Shown here one piece after another: positions 18,259 through 29,601 of a stretch of 64,000 nt of DNA. The stretch is taken from the IMG/VR virus record IMGVR_UViG_3300030372_004069, positions 31,523-95,522 of that record, one strand, 5' to 3'. This DNA comes from a virus (taxonomy: Duplodnaviria > Caudoviricetes). The notes beneath the pieces were generated by a model, which was given only the letters and a program-made list of their open reading frames with translations, had not been told where the DNA came from and searched no databases. Every line of letters begins with the position of its first letter. The stretch's first letter is position 1. The position numbers and the translations under genes are program-made.

Positions 18259-21200
18259 TGGCATCACTTAATCAAGATTTTACAAGATCAGGAAACTCAG
18301 TATTTGAGAATGTTTATATCTATGGTAATCTTGATTATCAATTTAAAAGCATTTCAGTTGATGATTTAGAAGTAAGAGGAAATTCATTTACAAGTGGTAT
18401 TGCCACGTTTGCTGATGATGTTTATATCTATGGTGAGTTAGATATTAGTTATCTAACTGTTAAGAATAGATTTAATGTAGGTTCTGGAGGTACTGTATTT
18501 GTTGGTATTAATACGGGTTTATTAAGTGGCCGAGTTGGTATAGGATCTACTCTTCCAGTACAAAAATTTCAGGTTGGTATTGATACTTCTGCTTTTGTTG
18601 TTGCTGGAGTAGGCACAGTTGGTATTGGAACCACCACACCAGGTGGCGGTTGGACTGAAGATAATGCTGAATATAATAGTACAACACAAGGAGATTTAAA
18701 ATTAGACGTTACGGAAACTATTCGTATTGGTAGGAATATTTACGATTCAGTTGGTTCTCCTGGTGCGAATGACTATTGGTTGAAGAGAGATGAATATGGT
18801 ATTAGATGGCAACCCACCCCTCCTAGTGAAGATACAGAAGGTATTAAACTTCAAGATGAAGGTTTATATGTTCCTCTTACAGGTATTGCTCAAACATTTA
18901 GTACTCTAAACTTTGTACAAAGAAATAGTCTTGGTTTTGGAACTGATACACTTGTTCCTACTGCACAAAATGAGGTTACTGCAACTGGATTAGCAACCAT
19001 ATTTACTAATGATTTATGGGGATATAGTGGTGAAGGTGCTAATGCTTCAATTTATAGGCAAACTAATGTTGGTATTTTAACAGTAAATCCTATAACACCA
19101 TTCCAAGTTGGAGCAGGTGGAACTCAAAGTGTTGTTGTTACTGGTATTGGTTCTGTAGGTATTGCCACTACCAATCCTCAACAGATGTTCCAAGTAGGTG
19201 TGGGAGGAGATGATAGTCAATTTACTGTTATTAAGGCAAGTGGGTTTGTTGGTATTGCAACTTTAGATCCACAGTATGCTTTAGATGTTTATAAAGATGG
19301 TTATTTTAGAGAGAAATTAACAGTTGACAAACATACTGAATTAAATTTCACATTAAATGTAGATAAGGCCACTACTTTAAAAGATACACTTGATGTAGAT
19401 CTTGCTACAACACTTAATAATACACTTGATGTAGATGGAAAAACTACATTTAATAATGATACAGAGGCTAGTTCTACTCTACTAGCTTCTGTCCAAATGG
19501 ATGGTGGTGTGGGTATTGTTAAAAATTTAATAATTGGTGGGATTACTGAAGTAAAGTCAAGTCAAGGATCTGCTAGTCCTGCTACTGGTGCTCTTCAGGT
19601 TACAGGTGGTGTAGGAATTGGTGAAAACTTACATGTTGATGACGATTTAAATGTTAAAGGTAATACTGTTTTAGGTGATACAACTAATGACACTACAACG
19701 GTGAGTGGTACTTTACATGTAGAATCTCCTATAGAATCAGTAGGGGTAGATACTGGAGCTGTTGTTGTTGAAGGTGGAGTTGGTGTTAAAAGAAATGTAA
19801 GTGTGGGTGGTAGTCTGACTGTGAGTGGTCTTTCTACTTTTGTAGGAACTGTAGAATTAGAGTCATCATTATTAGATATTAATGATGATAATGGGTTTTC
19901 TGATGCAGTTGGTGTATGTAAGACTGATTATCGTTTGGCATCAGTGGGAACTGGTGTATCATGGAGACCATCTGGTGTTCAGACAAAAAATGCCATTTGG
20001 GTTTCTATGAATGGATGTGATAGTAATAGTGGATTATTAGAAGGTGATTCAAAGAGAACTATTGGAGCAGCTGCGGCAATAGCATTGACAGGAGATACTA
20101 TTATTGTACGTTCGGGAGTTTATAAAGAAAATAATCCAATAGGTCTTAGAACTGAGGTTACTGTTTCTGGTGAAGACTTAAGATTGGTGACAGTTGTTCC
20201 TCTTAATACTAATAAAGATGTCTTTCAGGTAAGAGCAGGATGTCTAATACAGAATATGAACTTCGCAGGTATTACAAGTCCTACTAATCATCCTAATTGT
20301 GGAGCTGTGGCATTCCCTCCAACTGCAGATGCTGTTGCATTAGGTGAAGATTTTCAGGCAGTAACTGGATATACTGCATTAGGCCCAGCAAACCAAGGAC
20401 CAGATAGAGTGGATCCATCAAAAGGTGGAAGATGGAGATCACCTTATGTAAGGAACTGCACTAATTTCATGACTGGTAGTATTGGAATGAAAATTAATGG
20501 TGATTATGTTAATGCTGCATTTACTGGTGTTAATGATTTAGGGCAAGATCTAAAATCTATGGTCTGTGATTCATTTACACAGTATAATGAAAATGGAATT
20601 GGTGTATCAATAACTAATAATGCTTATGCCCAGTTAGTTTCTATCTTTACTATTGGATGTGATATTGCTATATTCTGTGGATCTGGTGGGCAGTGTGACC
20701 TAACAAACTCTAACTCATCCTTCGGTAATGTCGGACTAAAGGCAGATGGTATTGGAGATGTTGAGTTTACTGGAATTACTAATGTAAGTTCTATTGGTGG
20801 TCAGGATGTTATTTCAATTAATAATGTTAGAGATATAGAACAAAATGTAAGAAAACCTTTTGATGGCCAAGGAGCATATTTCCAAATTGATTTAGATAAT
20901 TATCCCGATACTAATGCAACTGGCATATTAACAGCACCACTTCAATTTGTTAGAAGTATTGATATTATTGATGGTGGTACTGGATATACTCCAGGATCAG
21001 CTCCTAATGTTACTATTCCTAATCCTTTAGGCCCTGAATCAATTTTACCAGAGTTTTCTGCTAATGTAAGTGCAGCAGGAACAATTAGTTCTATTGATGT
21101 TATTGCGAGTGGAAGAAACTTCTTACCAAATCAAGAACTTCCTGTTACTTTCTCTAGTGGAGATGCTATTGCTAGAGTAAATACAGATCCTGTATTATAT

Positions 21201-21590
21201 ACAGTAAGTGAATCGACAGAACCTAATCTATTATCGGGATTGACTGATGTGACATTTAATGAGTTTATTCCTTATAGTATTGGGGCTGGAGTAAGTGTTG
21301 CTTTCTCAAGGTTAAGTCGTATCATTACCAGTTCACATTCTTTTGAATATGTCGGTGCTGGTACCGACCTAAATAGAGCAAACCCCTTCCAGGGTGGCGA
21401 ACCTATTCCTGAAAATGAAGTTATTTCCATTAATGGTGGACAAGTTCCCTATACCAGTACGGATCAAAAAGGTAACTTTAGAATTGGTGATGGTCTTACC
21501 ATTGATCAAACCACCTCTACTATTTCTGGAAGAGATTTTAACAGAGCGATTCAAGCACAATTAACACCATTAATACTTTCGTTGAGATAA
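18258..21590 (+). CDS. virion structural / tail-fibre-like protein
   Basis: VGIGT repeats, GALQVTGGVGI repeats, SPYVRNCT, SHSFEYVGAG. Confidence 0.75.
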   Translation: MASLNQDFTRSGNSVFENVYIYGNLDYQFKSISVDDLEVRGNSFTSGIATFADDVYIYGELDISYLTVKNRFNVGSGGTVFVGINTGLLSGRVGIGSTLPVQKFQVGIDTSAFVVAGVGTVGIGTTTPGGGWTEDNAEYNSTTQGDLKLDVTETIRIGRNIYDSVGSPGANDYWLKRDEYGIRWQPTPPSEDTEGIKLQDEGLYVPLTGIAQTFSTLNFVQRNSLGFGTDTLVPTAQNEVTATGLATIFTNDLWGYSGEGANASIYRQTNVGILTVNPITPFQVGAGGTQSVVVTGIGSVGIATTNPQQMFQVGVGGDDSQFTVIKASGFVGIATLDPQYALDVYKDGYFREKLTVDKHTELNFTLNVDKATTLKDTLDVDLATTLNNTLDVDGKTTFNNDTEASSTLLASVQMDGGVGIVKNLIIGGITEVKSSQGSASPATGALQVTGGVGIGENLHVDDDLNVKGNTVLGDTTNDTTTVSGTLHVESPIESVGVDTGAVVVEGGVGVKRNVSVGGSLTVSGLSTFVGTVELESSLLDINDDNGFSDAVGVCKTDYRLASVGTGVSWRPSGVQTKNAIWVSMNGCDSNSGLLEGDSKRTIGAAAAIALTGDTIIVRSGVYKENNPIGLRTEVTVSGEDLRLVTVVPLNTNKDVFQVRAGCLIQNMNFAGITSPTNHPNCGAVAFPPTADAVALGEDFQAVTGYTALGPANQGPDRVDPSKGGRWRSPYVRNCTNFMTGSIGMKINGDYVNAAFTGVNDLGQDLKSMVCDSFTQYNENGIGVSITNNAYAQLVSIFTIGCDIAIFCGSGGQCDLTNSNSSFGNVGLKADGIGDVEFTGITNVSSIGGQDVISINNVRDIEQNVRKPFDGQGAYFQIDLDNYPDTNATGILTAPLQFVRSIDIIDGGTGYTPGSAPNVTIPNPLGPESILPEFSANVSAAGTISSIDVIASGRNFLPNQELPVTFSSGDAIARVNTDPVLYTVSESTEPNLLSGLTDVTFNEFIPYSIGAGVSVAFSRLSRIITSSHSFEYVGAGTDLNRANPFQGGEPIPENEVISINGGQVPYTSTDQKGNFRIGDGLTIDQTTSTISGRDFNRAIQAQLTPLILSLR

Positions 21591-21591
21591 T

Positions 21592-23544
21592 ATGGCAATA
21601 GCACCAGTCAATAAGTTTATATCAGTTGCTGTTCCTGTGGCACCAGGAGAGCAAAAATTGTATGAAGTACCAACAGGAACTTCTGCACTTGTGTTATATG
21701 CACAGGTGGCTAATGTAGGTATAGGGTACTCATATCCTACTGTTACTTTTATTCAACGTAGAGAAACAAGAAGTACAGGTAATACTAGAGATATAAGAGT
21801 TATAAAGGATGTTGAGATTCCACCAAATGATGCAGTAATTTTAATTGATGGTAGAATTGTATTAGAAAAAACCCCATTAATCATAGATCGTTTATATATT
21901 ACAGGAATTCAGACTGGAATAACCACAATTTTCAATGTAGATTATGATGAACCTGCTGGACTTGCTACAGTAACTACAATGACTCCACATGGTTTTGGGG
22001 TGGGTAGTGAAATAACCATGGCAGGTATTGCTTTTACTTGCCCTAGTGGAACTGGTATTACAACAACTATATTTCCTGATCCACAAAAATCATATATTGT
22101 AGATACAATAGTTGAGGAAGAACCTAGTGTTGGTGCATCTAAAACATTTACATCTATAGTTGGAAGTGCTGTTGGTTATAAGCATGTTTATAATGCTGCT
22201 ATTCATGATTTTGTTAGATCTAGGCCAGACGCAGTTACTTTGACAGGTGGATCTAGTTATACTCCTTCAGGAGCACTCTATAATCCTACTACAGGAATTG
22301 TGACATTTTCTATACCTTGTCATGGGATGCTTGATTCAACTGCTACTAGTCTTAAAGATCCTGGAGCTGGTACTGCATATAATGCAAATGCTGGTATATT
22401 AACTGTTCATACCACTACGACTCATGGTTATGATGATGGTGATTTAATTAGATTTGATGATGATGCACTAACTTTTACCTGTGCGATGGATAGTAATACT
22501 GCAGAAAAGAAATATCCAAGAGCATCAGATCCAACCAGAGGTGTGTGGTTACCTATTTCTAATAAAACTGCAAGTACTTTTGAACTTAATGTAGGAAAGA
22601 GTCCATTAGATTATTTCAGTGTTGAAGCAGCAAATTATGATTCTGCTTCTGGAATTATGACTGCTACTATAGGTAGTCATAAGTTAAAGGTAGGTACAAG
22701 TATTAAATTAGCAAATAAATCTATACAGTTTAGATGTGCACAAGATAATTTTGTAGGTATTCACACATACCCTCGTCCTGCAGGTTATGGTGGTGCAAGT
22801 TCCAATGATCCTGCATATGATACTGCTGTTAATATTGATGCAGTTACTGATACTACTATTACTCTTGATGTTGGATCTTCTTCTTATGTTGGGGTACATA
22901 CGTTTGTATCTGCCACTGGATTGACGGTAAGTGACGCACAATATAATCCTGTTACAGGAATTATGACGTGTACTGTTGCTGATCATGGCATGGATAATGG
23001 GGATGGTATTAAATTTGCAACTGAATCTTTAACTTTTAGTTGTGGATATTGTGGTGCCATAGGAGTTTCTTCACAAAAATCTTATCCAAGGGATAAGGAT
23101 TATGCTAATAATAGATGGTTACGTATTGATAATGTTACTACTAATACGTTTGAGGTACAAGTTTTAGATACTATTCCTTCTACTAATACTGATAGACATT
23201 ATTTTGAGTCGGCAACTAGTGAAGGTGTAACGAGAGGTGTTGTTGTAAGTGGTGGTGCTTATGAACATACATTTGTTAGTGCGGTATCAGGAAGCATGAA
23301 ACGTTCTAATAAAACTATATCTATTACAAATAATTCTTTAATATTTACTTGTAGTGTAGATAATTTCATGACCGAACATAGTTATCCACGACCAACAGAT
23401 CCTGTTGCTGGTATAGCAACTCCAATTACTAGAGCTGATTATAATACGATAAGTGCATATGTTGGTGTATCCTCAGCTGGTGGATTAGTAGGTCCTTTAC
23501 AAATGGAATTTTTATCTAGTATTCTAGAGAACAGTAATGCCTAA
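21592..23544 (+). CDS. virion structural protein with internal repeats
   Basis: Repeated YNP.TG...HG...G..I.F....L.F.C.....YPR units. Confidence 0.7.
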   Translation: MAIAPVNKFISVAVPVAPGEQKLYEVPTGTSALVLYAQVANVGIGYSYPTVTFIQRRETRSTGNTRDIRVIKDVEIPPNDAVILIDGRIVLEKTPLIIDRLYITGIQTGITTIFNVDYDEPAGLATVTTMTPHGFGVGSEITMAGIAFTCPSGTGITTTIFPDPQKSYIVDTIVEEEPSVGASKTFTSIVGSAVGYKHVYNAAIHDFVRSRPDAVTLTGGSSYTPSGALYNPTTGIVTFSIPCHGMLDSTATSLKDPGAGTAYNANAGILTVHTTTTHGYDDGDLIRFDDDALTFTCAMDSNTAEKKYPRASDPTRGVWLPISNKTASTFELNVGKSPLDYFSVEAANYDSASGIMTATIGSHKLKVGTSIKLANKSIQFRCAQDNFVGIHTYPRPAGYGGASSNDPAYDTAVNIDAVTDTTITLDVGSSSYVGVHTFVSATGLTVSDAQYNPVTGIMTCTVADHGMDNGDGIKFATESLTFSCGYCGAIGVSSQKSYPRDKDYANNRWLRIDNVTTNTFEVQVLDTIPSTNTDRHYFESATSEGVTRGVVVSGGAYEHTFVSAVSGSMKRSNKTISITNNSLIFTCSVDNFMTEHSYPRPTDPVAGIATPITRADYNTISAYVGVSSAGGLVGPLQMEFLSSILENSNA

Positions 23545-26500
23545 GTATCTTAGTGGAAGAGTAAAACAAGTCCCGCAGTCGGCTTTATCTACCAATAGAT
23601 ATCAGTATCTCGGTCTAGATCAGGCCGAACCTAATTTTAGTAATCCTACATCGTTAGGTATTGCTGATGGTGGTAGTAGTGCTGCCATACCTGTGGGAAC
23701 TAGATATCAACTCATCACAATTCATGGTGATACTTCTGGGGATAGATATTGGCAACCTGTAGGCGGTGGTATAGTACCTGGATCTATTAGCATATATGAG
23801 GAAGGTTCTTTAGTAGGTAGTGCCAATAGTATTACTCAAATTGATTTTAGAGGCAATTCTTTAACTGCAATTGCTCAACCATATGATCCTGGAATTAGTG
23901 CAGGTAATATTGCTACAATAACAGCAGCACCTCCTGGTAATAATTCGGAAGTATTATTTAAAGATGCTGGCGATTTTGCAACATCTCCTAACTTAATATT
24001 TGATGGTACTTCAGGTATTCTTACCACTGCTCAATTGAATGTTGGCATGGGTGGAACTGTTATTACAGCTATTAGTAAGAGTGGAATTAGTTCGGTAGGA
24101 ATAGGAACTACACTTCCTTCTCAGATGTTGCATATTTTAGGTAATCTTAGATTAACAGGTACAGTTTATGATGGTGATAATTTTGGAGGAAATCAGGGAG
24201 ATTTATTAGTAAAGGCAGCTGTAGGTGATCAACTTGAATGGAAAGCACCACAAAATGTACAGTCAGGTGCTGGTGGAACTATATCAGAAATACAATATCA
24301 TGATGATACAGGATTAGTAGATGGTGCTCCTAATTTTGTATGGATAGAAGCGACACAAAGAGTAGGAATTGGTAGTACACAACCTAATTCTTTGTTGGAT
24401 GTTGTTGGGATTGCTTCATTTAGTAGAGTAGAAGTAAGTGGTATTACAACAACTTATGGATTATTAGATATTAATGCAGGTGGTCAGGCAGATGCATTTA
24501 CGGTAGAAAATTTAACATCAGGTAGAGTTGTTCTTGCTGGAACAGGTGGTTCTTTAACAGATAGTTCCAATTTAACTTATAATACTACCAGCAGTACTTT
24601 TGATGTAACGGGACATACAGATCTTGATAATGTAAAAATAAGTGGTGTTTCTACATTAGGTTCGGTTAGAATAGAATCTAATATTATTGATACAGATACG
24701 GGTAATTTAATATTAGATTCTGCTTCAGGGACTGTTCAGTCAGAGGATCCATTTTTTATCAATGATGACACAGATTCTTTTAATCCTGATAGTGGTGCTT
24801 TACAGGTAAATGGTGGAGTAGGAATAAACAGTAATGTAAATGTGGGTAGTTCTCTCTCTGTTACAGGCCCTACTGAAACCGATGCAGAAGGAAACTTGGG
24901 AGTAGGAGTTACTCTTTCAGCATATGGTGGAATTACGACTACTGGTGGAGATCTTTATGTTGGTGGAGATTTATTTATTAAAAATGATCTCACTTTAGAT
25001 GAAGGTAATTTCCAGAGACTTATTGTTAATCCTGGTATTGCAACGTTTAAGGGTGATGTAGAATTATGGGGACAGGCAGGTATTGTATCTGCTTTCTGGG
25101 ATCAATCCCATGATAAATTCAGTCTTTTAGGTAATACTAAATTAACTTTTGGTGATGGGCCAGATTTAGAGATATATTATACTCCTGGTGATGGATCTAA
25201 TGATGGTAGTGTAATTAAACATACTGGACCTCATGATATGAGGTTACAAGTACCTGCAGGTTCTCATGATATAGTGTTTGAGACTACTGCTGGTGCTAAT
25301 ATGGCAGTATTTAATGCTGATGGAGGTACTGAATTACTTTGGAGAGGTGGTAGTGGTGCTGGTACAAAATTTAATACAGCTCAACATGGTGTAGAAGTAA
25401 CTGGTGTATTGGGTGTAAGTGGGGTTTCTACTTTTGGAGGTAATTCTACATTTAATGGAAATCTTACTGCAAATGGGGATGTAGATTTAGGTGATGATGT
25501 CACCGATACTGTTACTGTAACAGGTAGATTTGATAGTGAGTTAGTTCCTTTCGCTGATGAGACTTATGAATTAGGATCATCATCACTAAAATGGAAAACA
25601 TTACATGCTAAACAATTAAGTATAGCTGGCGTTTCTACATTCACTGGTGCTATAGATGCAAATGGAAATTTAGACGTAGATGGTGTTTCAGAATTAGATG
25701 ATGTCAATATCTCTGGGGTTGCTACATTTTTAGGTCCAGTTCATGATGAAGATGGTGAAGTAGGAGCTATTGGAAATCTTTTAGAAACAACAGCATCAGG
25801 AGTAAATTGGATAGATCCTGGTGACTTGACTATTAAAAATGCAGTTAGAGTTCTTACCACTGGAGTTACAACTGACAGTTCTTACCATTTAACATTTGTT
25901 GATAGTAATAATGATCCTGGTGAACAAGAGGGGGTTTATACTGGTGCAGGAATAACATTTAATCCAAGTACAAATCATTTAACCATAGGTGGATCTTTTT
26001 GGTTAAAAGGATCAGATGCTCCAGATGGTGATATTATTAGTGAGGGTGGAGATGATGGTAAGTTTGGAATTTTTAATGCAGGATCACGTCATCTATCATT
26101 AAATGTAAAGGATACTGATGACGAGTATGTAGGAATTGTTACTTTTAGTTCTCAGAGTGGTAATACTAATGCTGCTAAACAATCTATATTTCAGTCTAAT
26201 GTTTATCCTCATAGTAGTGAAACCTTTGATTTAGGAAAATCTGCGTCAGAACTACGTTGGAATAATGTTTATGCTAAAAATTATTATGGTGATGAATCTG
26301 ATTTTGTTAGACTTAAGGTATCTGGTGTCTCTACATTCACTGGTGCCATAGATGCAAATGGAGATTTAGATGTAGATGGCCAGACAGAATTGGATGATGT
26401 AAACATTTCTGGTATTACTACATTTGTTGGAATTGCATCTTTTTATTCTGGTATTAAAGATCATACTGGTGTTACAGGTGATACTTTACAACTTTTACAG

Positions 26501-27337
26501 TCAACAGGATCACAAGTAGTTTGGGCTGATCCTGATTCTGTAATAATAGGAGAAGCAAAGAAAGTTCAGACTCAAGAGAGTACAACAGATGCAAATTATT
26601 ATTTAACTTTTGTAGATAGTAATAATAGTGCAGCAGGTAATTATGAAGTGGTTTACACTGGTGCTGGAATAAGTTTTAATCCTAGTACAAGTAGTTTATC
26701 TGTTCTTGGAAATGTAAGTATTGGAGGTACATTAACCTACGAAGATGTAACCAATGTTGATTCAGTCGGCTTAATTACGGCAAGAAAAGGAATTAGAGTT
26801 TTATCTGAGGGTATAAATGTCGCAGGATTATCTACCTTTACAGGTATAACAACAGTAACTGGAAATACCTTATTCACAACACAATTCAGTGTCTTGGGTG
26901 TTTCTACATATAATAACAATTTACTTCCTGGTCTTACTGAGCAGTATGATTTAGGTTCTCCCAGCCAAAAATGGAATAATGTTTATGCAAAAAATATAGA
27001 AAGTGGTGGTGGAACTGACCCTATTGAAACTGTTGTTACTAAATCTGGTAATTTTAGTGGTACAGAGCAAGTTATTGATGATGACGTGGATTCATCTACA
27101 AGTTTACTTGAATATACAATATTCTTTTCGTTAAATTCAGATGCCACAAAAATTCAATCAGGAAAGGCATTTATAATGTCTAATGGATCAACACCCTATA
27201 TTTCTGAATACTCAATAATGTATAATGATACGAGAATTGCTAATCTCTCTACTGATATAAATGGTGGTAAAACAAGACTCTTAGGAACAAGTAGCGAGCA
27301 AGTTAATTATAAATTATCTAGAAGAACATTGACTTAA
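23537..27337 (+). CDS. tail fibre-like protein
   Basis: VSGVSTF, LDVDG..ELDDVNISG and LTFVDSNN duplications, YDLGS..KW motifs. Confidence 0.75.
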   Translation: MPKYLSGRVKQVPQSALSTNRYQYLGLDQAEPNFSNPTSLGIADGGSSAAIPVGTRYQLITIHGDTSGDRYWQPVGGGIVPGSISIYEEGSLVGSANSITQIDFRGNSLTAIAQPYDPGISAGNIATITAAPPGNNSEVLFKDAGDFATSPNLIFDGTSGILTTAQLNVGMGGTVITAISKSGISSVGIGTTLPSQMLHILGNLRLTGTVYDGDNFGGNQGDLLVKAAVGDQLEWKAPQNVQSGAGGTISEIQYHDDTGLVDGAPNFVWIEATQRVGIGSTQPNSLLDVVGIASFSRVEVSGITTTYGLLDINAGGQADAFTVENLTSGRVVLAGTGGSLTDSSNLTYNTTSSTFDVTGHTDLDNVKISGVSTLGSVRIESNIIDTDTGNLILDSASGTVQSEDPFFINDDTDSFNPDSGALQVNGGVGINSNVNVGSSLSVTGPTETDAEGNLGVGVTLSAYGGITTTGGDLYVGGDLFIKNDLTLDEGNFQRLIVNPGIATFKGDVELWGQAGIVSAFWDQSHDKFSLLGNTKLTFGDGPDLEIYYTPGDGSNDGSVIKHTGPHDMRLQVPAGSHDIVFETTAGANMAVFNADGGTELLWRGGSGAGTKFNTAQHGVEVTGVLGVSGVSTFGGNSTFNGNLTANGDVDLGDDVTDTVTVTGRFDSELVPFADETYELGSSSLKWKTLHAKQLSIAGVSTFTGAIDANGNLDVDGVSELDDVNISGVATFLGPVHDEDGEVGAIGNLLETTASGVNWIDPGDLTIKNAVRVLTTGVTTDSSYHLTFVDSNNDPGEQEGVYTGAGITFNPSTNHLTIGGSFWLKGSDAPDGDIISEGGDDGKFGIFNAGSRHLSLNVKDTDDEYVGIVTFSSQSGNTNAAKQSIFQSNVYPHSSETFDLGKSASELRWNNVYAKNYYGDESDFVRLKVSGVSTFTGAIDANGDLDVDGQTELDDVNISGITTFVGIASFYSGIKDHTGVTGDTLQLLQSTGSQVVWADPDSVIIGEAKKVQTQESTTDANYYLTFVDSNNSAAGNYEVVYTGAGISFNPSTSSLSVLGNVSIGGTLTYEDVTNVDSVGLITARKGIRVLSEGINVAGLSTFTGITTVTGNTLFTTQFSVLGVSTYNNNLLPGLTEQYDLGSPSQKWNNVYAKNIESGGGTDPIETVVTKSGNFSGTEQVIDDDVDSSTSLLEYTIFFSLNSDATKIQSGKAFIMSNGSTPYISEYSIMYNDTRIANLSTDINGGKTRLLGTSSEQVNYKLSRRTLT

Positions 27338-27341
27338 TATT

Positions 27342-29576
27342 ATGATTAGTACAGCTACTTTATTTACTGATGATGCATATGAAACTAATAGGGTTTCTCA
27401 ATTAAAAGCAGAGGGAGCTAATTTTGTTCCTGATGGTACTGGGCCTAAGGTATATGTGGTGACATGTGTTAATGCTTCAGATTGGAATGAAATACATGAT
27501 TATATTATTAATGAAAATGAGATTGATGGTATTCCGAATAGAAAAATAGAATGTACTGATGATTGTAAAATATGTGATAGAATGGCATCTTATGAAATGT
27601 CGGATGCCGAAGCAGATCAACTTAAATTGCATTCTAAAGTTGCTGGAGTTCATTTAGATCCTGATTACTATCAAGGAACTTTTAGAGGAGTTTATGATAG
27701 ACCTCTTTCTACTACTCCTAGATATGATTCTAATGTTAAAATAGGAAGAGATTTTGATTCTAACTTTTTTCCAGCAACTCCTACTTCTGCTTTTTTGGGT
27801 AGAACAGGAGCATCAATTTATAGACATCAAGAGAGAGTTGATCGTTGGTTTGACCTTCCTGATACTACTATTATAGATGGTAACCCATCTTATCTTGGTG
27901 ATGGATCTGACGTTGATATTATAGTTTGTGATGAATCAGCATGGTATGGTCATGTTGAATTTGTAAAAACAGGTGTAGGAGAACCAACTCATTTTGTAGG
28001 AGATAATGTATTAAAAAGTGGTTTTGCTACTTCCTCTCAAAATGGTGTATGTGGTGTTTTAGATTGTGTTTTGGATTCTCCTTACTATCTTGATCCTGAT
28101 TGGTTTGAAGGTGATGCGAGTAGTAGATTAATGGTTCGTTGGGATGGAACTGTAGTACCTGTAGAATCTTATGCAAGAGATTGGTGGAATAATAATAGTA
28201 CAAGTTCTAGATCTTCTAAGTATGTAAGTCCTGCTAATGGAGGAACTGCTACAGGAACTAATGATTTTGGTACGGTAAGTATTTCATCATCTTATACCAG
28301 AGCTGCTATGAATGGTTCCAATACTACCGAACATACAAATGCAGGATATCATGGTACCCCATGTATGTCACAGGCATATGGAAAGACTGCAGGGTGGGCA
28401 TTTAATGCAAATAAATGGCACATGAATATAATTTGGGGTGCAGGGGCAGTAACTATATCATCTTGTTTTAAGATATTAAAAATATTTCATCAGTGTAAAC
28501 CAAATAGATCTTTGGATAATACAAAGGATCCGACAATAACTTCCCATAGTTGGGGAAGAAGAGTTGGTGTATCAGCCGGTTATGGAGCAAATTATTTTTA
28601 TAGAAAATCGGGTAATGGAAATGATGGTGTACCTTATAATGCATCTTCTATTCCAGAATATTTAAAATATGTCTCAGGTGGAAGTTTTGCATGTCCTGCT
28701 CCTCCAACATATTCTGAAACTCTTTTAGGGGATGATATGGTTAATGCAGGAGTTATTTTTGTTGTTTCTTCTGGAAATTATAATCAACAGCAAGTATTGG
28801 GTGATCATCCCAATTACAATAATTATCTAGGTAATCCTAGTTGGACATTGCAGGATGCCATTGACATATTAGGATTTTTATTCGGTATTTCTTTAGTTAC
28901 AAATAGACCTGGATTTCCTGCTAGTATTGGTATAGATTCATCGGGGCCAACTGATATTTTTCGTACTTTTAATATAGGAAATCTTGCCTCTCCTAAACCT
29001 AATAATACGTCAGAACAAAAAGCTGATGGAATAGTAACTCTGACAGCTAGTTGTATGGGAAATGCTATAGATTGTTATACTATTGGAGCAGATTCTTTTG
29101 CTGGTGTTGATAAGAATTGGTTTCGTACTAACTTTAATCGTTATGATGGATATTATACATTAGATGGTGTACAATCTTTAGACTCTGAAGATGGTGAATT
29201 TGGAGGTACGAGTTCTTCTTGTCCAGTTACAGTAGGATTGTTTGCAACTAAGTTGCAACATAATAGAACATGGACTTGGAGTAATCTTAAAGATTGGTTG
29301 GCAAATCAAGTTACTGTTCAGGATGCATCTGCTTTTCCTGAAGGAACAGAAGCTATAACTGCCAATGATTCTAATTGGAATTCTCGTACTAATTTGCAAG
29401 GATCTTTAAGAAGGATTCTTTGGGATGCTCCTACATCCTCTCCCACTCCTCCTGGCCCAGAACCTGATCCTGATGATCCGACTGCCTTATCACCAGGAGT
29501 ACTTCTGTTAGCACAAGCTGGAGGGGGATTGATTTTTAGACCTGGAAATGGAATTTCAATTAAAAAACTTACATAA
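27342..29576 (+). CDS. subtilisin-like serine protease (S8)
   Basis: Triad motifs DIIVCDE, HGTPCMS, GGTSSSCP; oxyanion SSGN. Confidence 0.8.
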   Translation: MISTATLFTDDAYETNRVSQLKAEGANFVPDGTGPKVYVVTCVNASDWNEIHDYIINENEIDGIPNRKIECTDDCKICDRMASYEMSDAEADQLKLHSKVAGVHLDPDYYQGTFRGVYDRPLSTTPRYDSNVKIGRDFDSNFFPATPTSAFLGRTGASIYRHQERVDRWFDLPDTTIIDGNPSYLGDGSDVDIIVCDESAWYGHVEFVKTGVGEPTHFVGDNVLKSGFATSSQNGVCGVLDCVLDSPYYLDPDWFEGDASSRLMVRWDGTVVPVESYARDWWNNNSTSSRSSKYVSPANGGTATGTNDFGTVSISSSYTRAAMNGSNTTEHTNAGYHGTPCMSQAYGKTAGWAFNANKWHMNIIWGAGAVTISSCFKILKIFHQCKPNRSLDNTKDPTITSHSWGRRVGVSAGYGANYFYRKSGNGNDGVPYNASSIPEYLKYVSGGSFACPAPPTYSETLLGDDMVNAGVIFVVSSGNYNQQQVLGDHPNYNNYLGNPSWTLQDAIDILGFLFGISLVTNRPGFPASIGIDSSGPTDIFRTFNIGNLASPKPNNTSEQKADGIVTLTASCMGNAIDCYTIGADSFAGVDKNWFRTNFNRYDGYYTLDGVQSLDSEDGEFGGTSSSCPVTVGLFATKLQHNRTWTWSNLKDWLANQVTVQDASAFPEGTEAITANDSNWNSRTNLQGSLRRILWDAPTSSPTPPGPEPDPDDPTALSPGVLLLAQAGGGLIFRPGNGISIKKLT

Positions 29577-29601
29577 CCCAATAAATAATAAAAAAGAGTA
29601 A

